From the NCBI RefSeq assembly GCF_006345805.1, contig NW_021826904.1, positions 1 to 11,731 on the forward strand: DNA of 11,731 nucleotides, read 5' to 3'. Of this stretch, positions 8,291 to 11,731 are shown in pieces (position 1 is the first letter of the stretch; each line of letters begins with the position of its first letter). A program made the translations under genes and the position numbers. The notes beneath the pieces are model-generated. The model had not been told where the DNA came from. It did no database searches and saw only the letters and a program-made list of their open reading frames with translations. The stretch is from Octopus sinensis (taxonomy: Eukaryota).

Positions 8291-8923
8291 GCCCTCCATC
8301 AATCAGGCAGGCAAGGCAGGTTTACTTTGCCTGGTGGATGTGGCGAATGAGGCTGTTTGATGGACATGGCTGAAAGGCATTAGAACAGATACGTTGATCT
8401 TTGGCAGAGCTCTCATTGACTTCTTCAAGTTTCACTCGAAATGAAAACTGAGAGTGGAGTGGGAAGAGCTGTCCTCGAGTGAGTTTATTAAAAGGTAGGT
8501 GAAAGTTGCGAAAATGGCAAGAGTGGATGGTACCTCTCTAAGTGTAGACCTGAGAGTCGGGGAGAAGGAATTGAAGAGGACACGTGTTCTTGGGGTTTCA
8601 GTAAAATCTCGGACAGTGGGGTTTCTCAATTATTTCTAGAGGCCTTCTTGTATGAGGAGGGCCACATCTCTATCATTCTCTCCGCCACTATTTTTTAAAC
8701 CTTTGTATGCTACGCATATGTCATTTCTTTTTCAGTGTACACCGTGTATACTTTCATTCTTTCTTTCTTTCTTCCGTCCTGCCTTCCTTCCATTCTTTCT
8801 TCCTTTCTTCCTTCATTATTCTTTCTTTTTTTCATCATTTCATTATATATAAATCTTCACAGTTTATGTCTGTCATTGTATTGTTCCCCTCATCCTTCGC
8901 TACTGTGTCAAATAAATGAAAAC
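8291..8923 (+). mobile_element. 5'-truncated L1/Tx1-like LINE 3' end (ORF2 C-terminus plus 3' UTR)
   Basis: The frame from 8292 reads PSINQAGKAGLLCLVDVANEAV*WTWLKGIRTDTLIFGRALIDFFKFHSK*KLRVEWEELSSSEFIKR*VKVAKMARVDGTSLSVDL. The stops at 8358, 8442 and 8496 are each one substitution from Trp or Arg codons. The pattern resembles the Tx1 ORF2 tail (from recall). A pyrimidine-rich UTR with (CTTT/CCTT)n at about 8751-8832 and AATAAA at 8911 follows. Confidence 0.65.
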
Positions 8924-8947
8924 ATTATTATTATTTTTATTTTTATC

Positions 8948-9088
8948 AATGCTAAGCGGTATGTCGCCTCTCGCGATGTTCTGAGTTCAAATTCTGCCGA
9001 GGTCGACTTTGCCTTTCATCCTTTCGAGGTCGATAAATTAAGTACCAGTCAAGTATTGGGGTCGATGAAATCGACACATCCCTTTCCC
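8948..9088 (+). mobile_element. SINE family 2, copy C (truncated at both ends)
   Basis: GTTCTGAGTTCAAATTCTGCCGAGGTCGACTTTGCCTTTCATCCTTTCGAGGTCGATAAATTAAGTACCAGTCAAGTATTGGGGTCGATG matches copies A and B. Confidence 0.9.
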
Positions 9089-9089
9089 T

Positions 9090-9513
9090 TATATTTGGTT
9101 TTGTACATAGTGTTGTTCTAGAGAATGTTTAAGAAACGATAAGAAAATTATGAGTTTGTTTTAAAATTTGAGATTACATAGACAGTATTTTACGTGAAAT
9201 ATAGGCAGTTCCCATGAGCACTACCCTTTGAATTTCTGCCATTTTGGGGTTTGCTGGTATCTGAGCTAGGTAGCAATCATCCCCTTTTGCTATCATTCCT
9301 AGGGCACCTATGACAACAGGTATTATTTTAGTCTTCAGGATTCTAATTTCTATTTCAAGATCTTTATATTTGCTCAGTTTTTGGTAGGCCTTGACAGATA
9401 CGTTTATAACGATTGGGACAGTCATATCAATGAGGAGGCATGATTTTTATCTGAAGTCTTTCAATATGTCTGGCTTATTTGTATCTATCTCTCTGTCGGT
9501 TTGAATGGTGAAG
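9090..9513 (-). mobile_element. 5'-truncated RLE-type (Dong/R4-like) LINE, copy 3, retaining the PD-(D/E)xK endonuclease motif region
   Basis: Minus strand: FTIQTDREIDTNKPDILKDFR*KSCLLIDMTVPIVINVSVKAYQKLSKYKDLEIEI...IIPVVIGALG...EIQRVVLMGTAYISRKILSM* (stop at 9174-9176; PD at 9468-9473, ID at 9426-9431). Presumed 3' UTR at 9090-9173. Confidence 0.9.
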
Positions 9514-9537
9514 TTATTATTATTATTATTATTATTA

Positions 9538-9589
<52 letters not shown>
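9514..9589. repeat. (TTA)n abutting the LINE 5' breakpoint
   Basis: Directly visible. Confidence 0.97.
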
Positions 9590-9590
<1 letters not shown>

Positions 9591-9800
9591 CATGAAAGAT
9601 ACATAACACAATTTATGTTATTTAAATCTTTTTTTCGTTTGTTTGTTTCGTTTCTCTCCCCCTGACCCTTTGGCTGTATTATTAATATGTTTCAATGAAA
9701 ATAGGGTCTATTAAGGGATAACGACAGTAACGCCCTCTACATCATTCAGAAATGATTGAGTAAATAGCAGAAAAAATAACATTTCCTTCACTGTAATTTT

Positions 9801-10072
9801 GGTTGGGTTGGGTTGGGTAGGTGATAATGGCGGTGGTAGTGGAGGTAGTGGAGGGATGATTAAGTGGTGATGGTGGAAGTGGTGGTAGTGATGTTAATTG
9901 TGGTGGCGTAGTAATAGTGAGAGTGGGGTTGATGGGGGAGACGATAGCAGAATAAATTCATGGCGGCGGTGGCAATGATCGTAATGTTCTTAGTGCTGGT
10001 GGTCATGGTAATGATGATGATCATGATGATGATGATGATGATGATGATGATAGCGGTAGTGCTAAATGACGG
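9801..10072. repeat. (TTGGG)3 followed by degenerate (GGT)n/(GAT)n; purest (GAT)n at about 10012-10051
   Basis: Directly visible. Confidence 0.85.
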
Positions 10073-10141
10073 TGTAATTTTCTATTTTTTATTTTTGATG
10101 TTTCGAGATAAGCGGAATTATGAGAAATGAATTCTATAAGT

Positions 10142-10320
10142 TGTAAACAAGTGGAAACAAGATGGCCGCCGTTTGGGCGGTTATAAAACATGAACATGGC
10201 GGCGAGAAGAAAGAGGGACAGTTAGGGGGGGAGTGGCAAGTGGGAAGTAAGGGCAGAGGGGAAATTCGTAATGAGGGAATAAAGGGAGAGCGAAGAGGAG
10301 AGATGGCGATGGCGCTGCGG
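10142..10320 (+). promoter_or_regulatory. Candidate Pol II promoter-like motif cluster (forkhead, YY1, GC-box, TATA)
   Basis: TGTAAACAA at 10142; CAAGATGGCCGCC at 10158; GGGCGG at 10175; TATAAAA at 10182; AACATGGCGGC at 10193; GAGATGGCG near 10300. Motif matches only. Confidence 0.3.
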
Positions 10321-10431
10321 AGTGTGGTGAAGTAGGAGGGTGTTGGGAGAATAATAGGGAAAATAAGGGGGTTGGGGGCTTCTATAGTTGATGAAACATT
10401 ATCAGTGAAGAATAAAAAAAAACGTTGAAGC

Positions 10432-10601
10432 GTTATATACACGCGCGTGCGCACACACATACATATACACAGTTACACATACGCAAACTTACATATACAC
10501 ATATATCCCCTATACATATGCACACACGTACATACATATCTACATCTACCCACCCTTCTATCTATTAATCTATCAATCTATCTATCCATCTATCCATGCA
10601 C

Positions 10602-10641
<40 letters not shown>

Positions 10642-10660
10642 GAATACATATACATGCATA
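10432..10660. repeat. (CA/TA)n followed by (TCTA)n (about 10560-10641)
   Basis: Directly visible. Confidence 0.93.
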
Positions 10661-10907
10661 TATCATTCAATATACATAGTATAAAAATACGATCAGCTAT
10701 TACATTCTTACTGTGAAGACATGTGTCCAAGCAGCTTTCTGGGAGACACAAAACATGTTATAAAATCCAGCCTAAACACATGTCACCACAGCAAGAAACT
10801 ATTAGCATCTCGTAACGTTATACTATGTACATTAAACGATATTTATCTCTCACAAGATGGAGTACTTTTTCAATTGTTAATCTTACTTTTACAGTACAGT
10901 AAATTAT

Positions 10908-11020
10908 ACTACATACATACATGCATATACACACATACATAAATACACACACACATATATATATACGCACACAAACATACGGTTGTGTGTATATATATAT
11001 ATATACCATACAAACATACG

Positions 11021-11078
<58 letters not shown>

Positions 11079-11233
11079 CATACATACATACAAACATATA
11101 TACATACATACATACATACATACATACATACATACATACATAAATACATATATACGTACATACATACATACATACATACATACATACATACATACATACA
11201 TACATACCTGCATACATACATACATAAATATAT
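10908..11233. repeat. Compound (CA/TA)n, (TA)n (about 11023-11073) and (TACA)n (about 11074-11228)
   Basis: Directly visible. Confidence 0.95.
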
Positions 11234-11325
11234 CTGTATGAAATTTACAGAAAAACAAAAGATGAAGACAGGTGTATGCACAGCAAGCAGGTGTATTCGT
11301 TTGACACTCGGGAAAGTGAGAAAGT

Positions 11326-11361
11326 CTTTCACGTTTAGAGCCGACGCTCTTCAACAGAAAG
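11326..11361 (-). ncRNA. Degenerate minimal type I hammerhead-ribozyme motif, probably within a Penelope-like repeat remnant (about 11236-11365)
   Basis: Minus strand: CUUU-CUGUUGA-A-GAGC(gucg)GCUC-UAA-ACGU-G-AAAG. Stem I CUUU/AAAG, stem II GAGC/GCUC and a palindromic ACGU stem III are in the expected register. Three core positions deviate, so it is presumed inactive. Confidence 0.55.
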
Positions 11362-11409
11362 GAATATGAAGAAATAAAGAGAGAGAGAATGAAAAAAGAA
11401 CTTGGAGAT

Positions 11410-11437
11410 TTCAGCGCTCCAGCATGGCCAATGATTG
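11410..11437 (+). mobile_element. Possible tiny 3'-tail fragment of SINE family 1
   Basis: GCTCCAGCATGGCC-AATGATTG versus GTTCCAGCATGGCCGCAGCCAAATGATTG at about 485-513; short match. Confidence 0.4.
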
Positions 11438-11491
11438 TAGACATGCACAAATGTGTGCACAAATTTACATATATACACAAGTATGTATGTA

Positions 11492-11539
<48 letters not shown>

Positions 11540-11540
11540 C

Positions 11541-11599
<59 letters not shown>

Positions 11600-11603
11600 C
11601 TCT
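11492..11603. repeat. (TCTA)n
   Basis: Directly visible. Confidence 0.97.
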
Positions 11604-11731
11604 GACGGATGTGATGTCTTCAGCTCCGAAGGTAATCATTTATTTTGACCATTTAAAAGTGTATATTGACAAACATTTTGTGCTTAAAAGTTGTGCAACA
11701 ACATCCACTGTAAACCTTTGATAAATATCGA

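Noticed and set aside
8432-8629. Minus-strand 65-aa ORF
   Set aside because: It is the antisense shadow of the Tx1-like coding remnant.
9174-9425. The 83-aa ORF as a host gene
   Set aside because: It is the C-terminal part of a retrotransposon endonuclease domain; the Met is internal (LIDMTVP) with an upstream in-frame stop.
10134-10460. Minus-strand 108-aa Pro/Ser/Leu-rich ORF
   Set aside because: It starts with GTG inside a microsatellite and reflects the purine/pyrimidine strand bias; no recognisable domain.
10889-10900. TACAGTACAGT as a second Tigger-like end pairing with 1-271
   Set aside because: Sequence after CAGT (AAATTATAC) does not match the TIR (AATCACTCG), and the orientation does not bracket an element with the left end.

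Overview
Eukaryotic, AT-rich, non-genic (intronic or intergenic) DNA, most likely from an octopus or related coleoid cephalopod. That origin is an inference from the extreme microsatellite density and from SINE families I recall from Octopus genomes. I can support no intact protein-coding gene, and nearly all ORFs in the track are artefacts of (TA)n, (TG)n, (TACA)n, (TCTA)n or trinucleotide repeats. The window is a stack of mobile-element fossils: a Tigger/pogo-like transposon end (1-271); three copies of a tRNA-headed SINE with an internal (TG)n, one inverted; a 19-bp minisatellite with a (GA)n expanded inside one unit; a frameshifted hAT-like transposase pseudogene (~4388-5520); a 358-bp foldback element at its break point (5525-5882); a nest at 7.3-9.6 kb of three RLE-type (Dong/R4-like) LINE 3' ends, three copies of a second SINE and a Tx1-like LINE 3' end, all tied to (TTA)n tracts; a promoter-like motif cluster near 10.15-10.3 kb; and a degenerate minimal hammerhead-ribozyme motif of the Penelope type (11326-11361, minus strand). 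I see no evidence for a genuinely new biological system. All family assignments come from manual translation and recall, not database searches.
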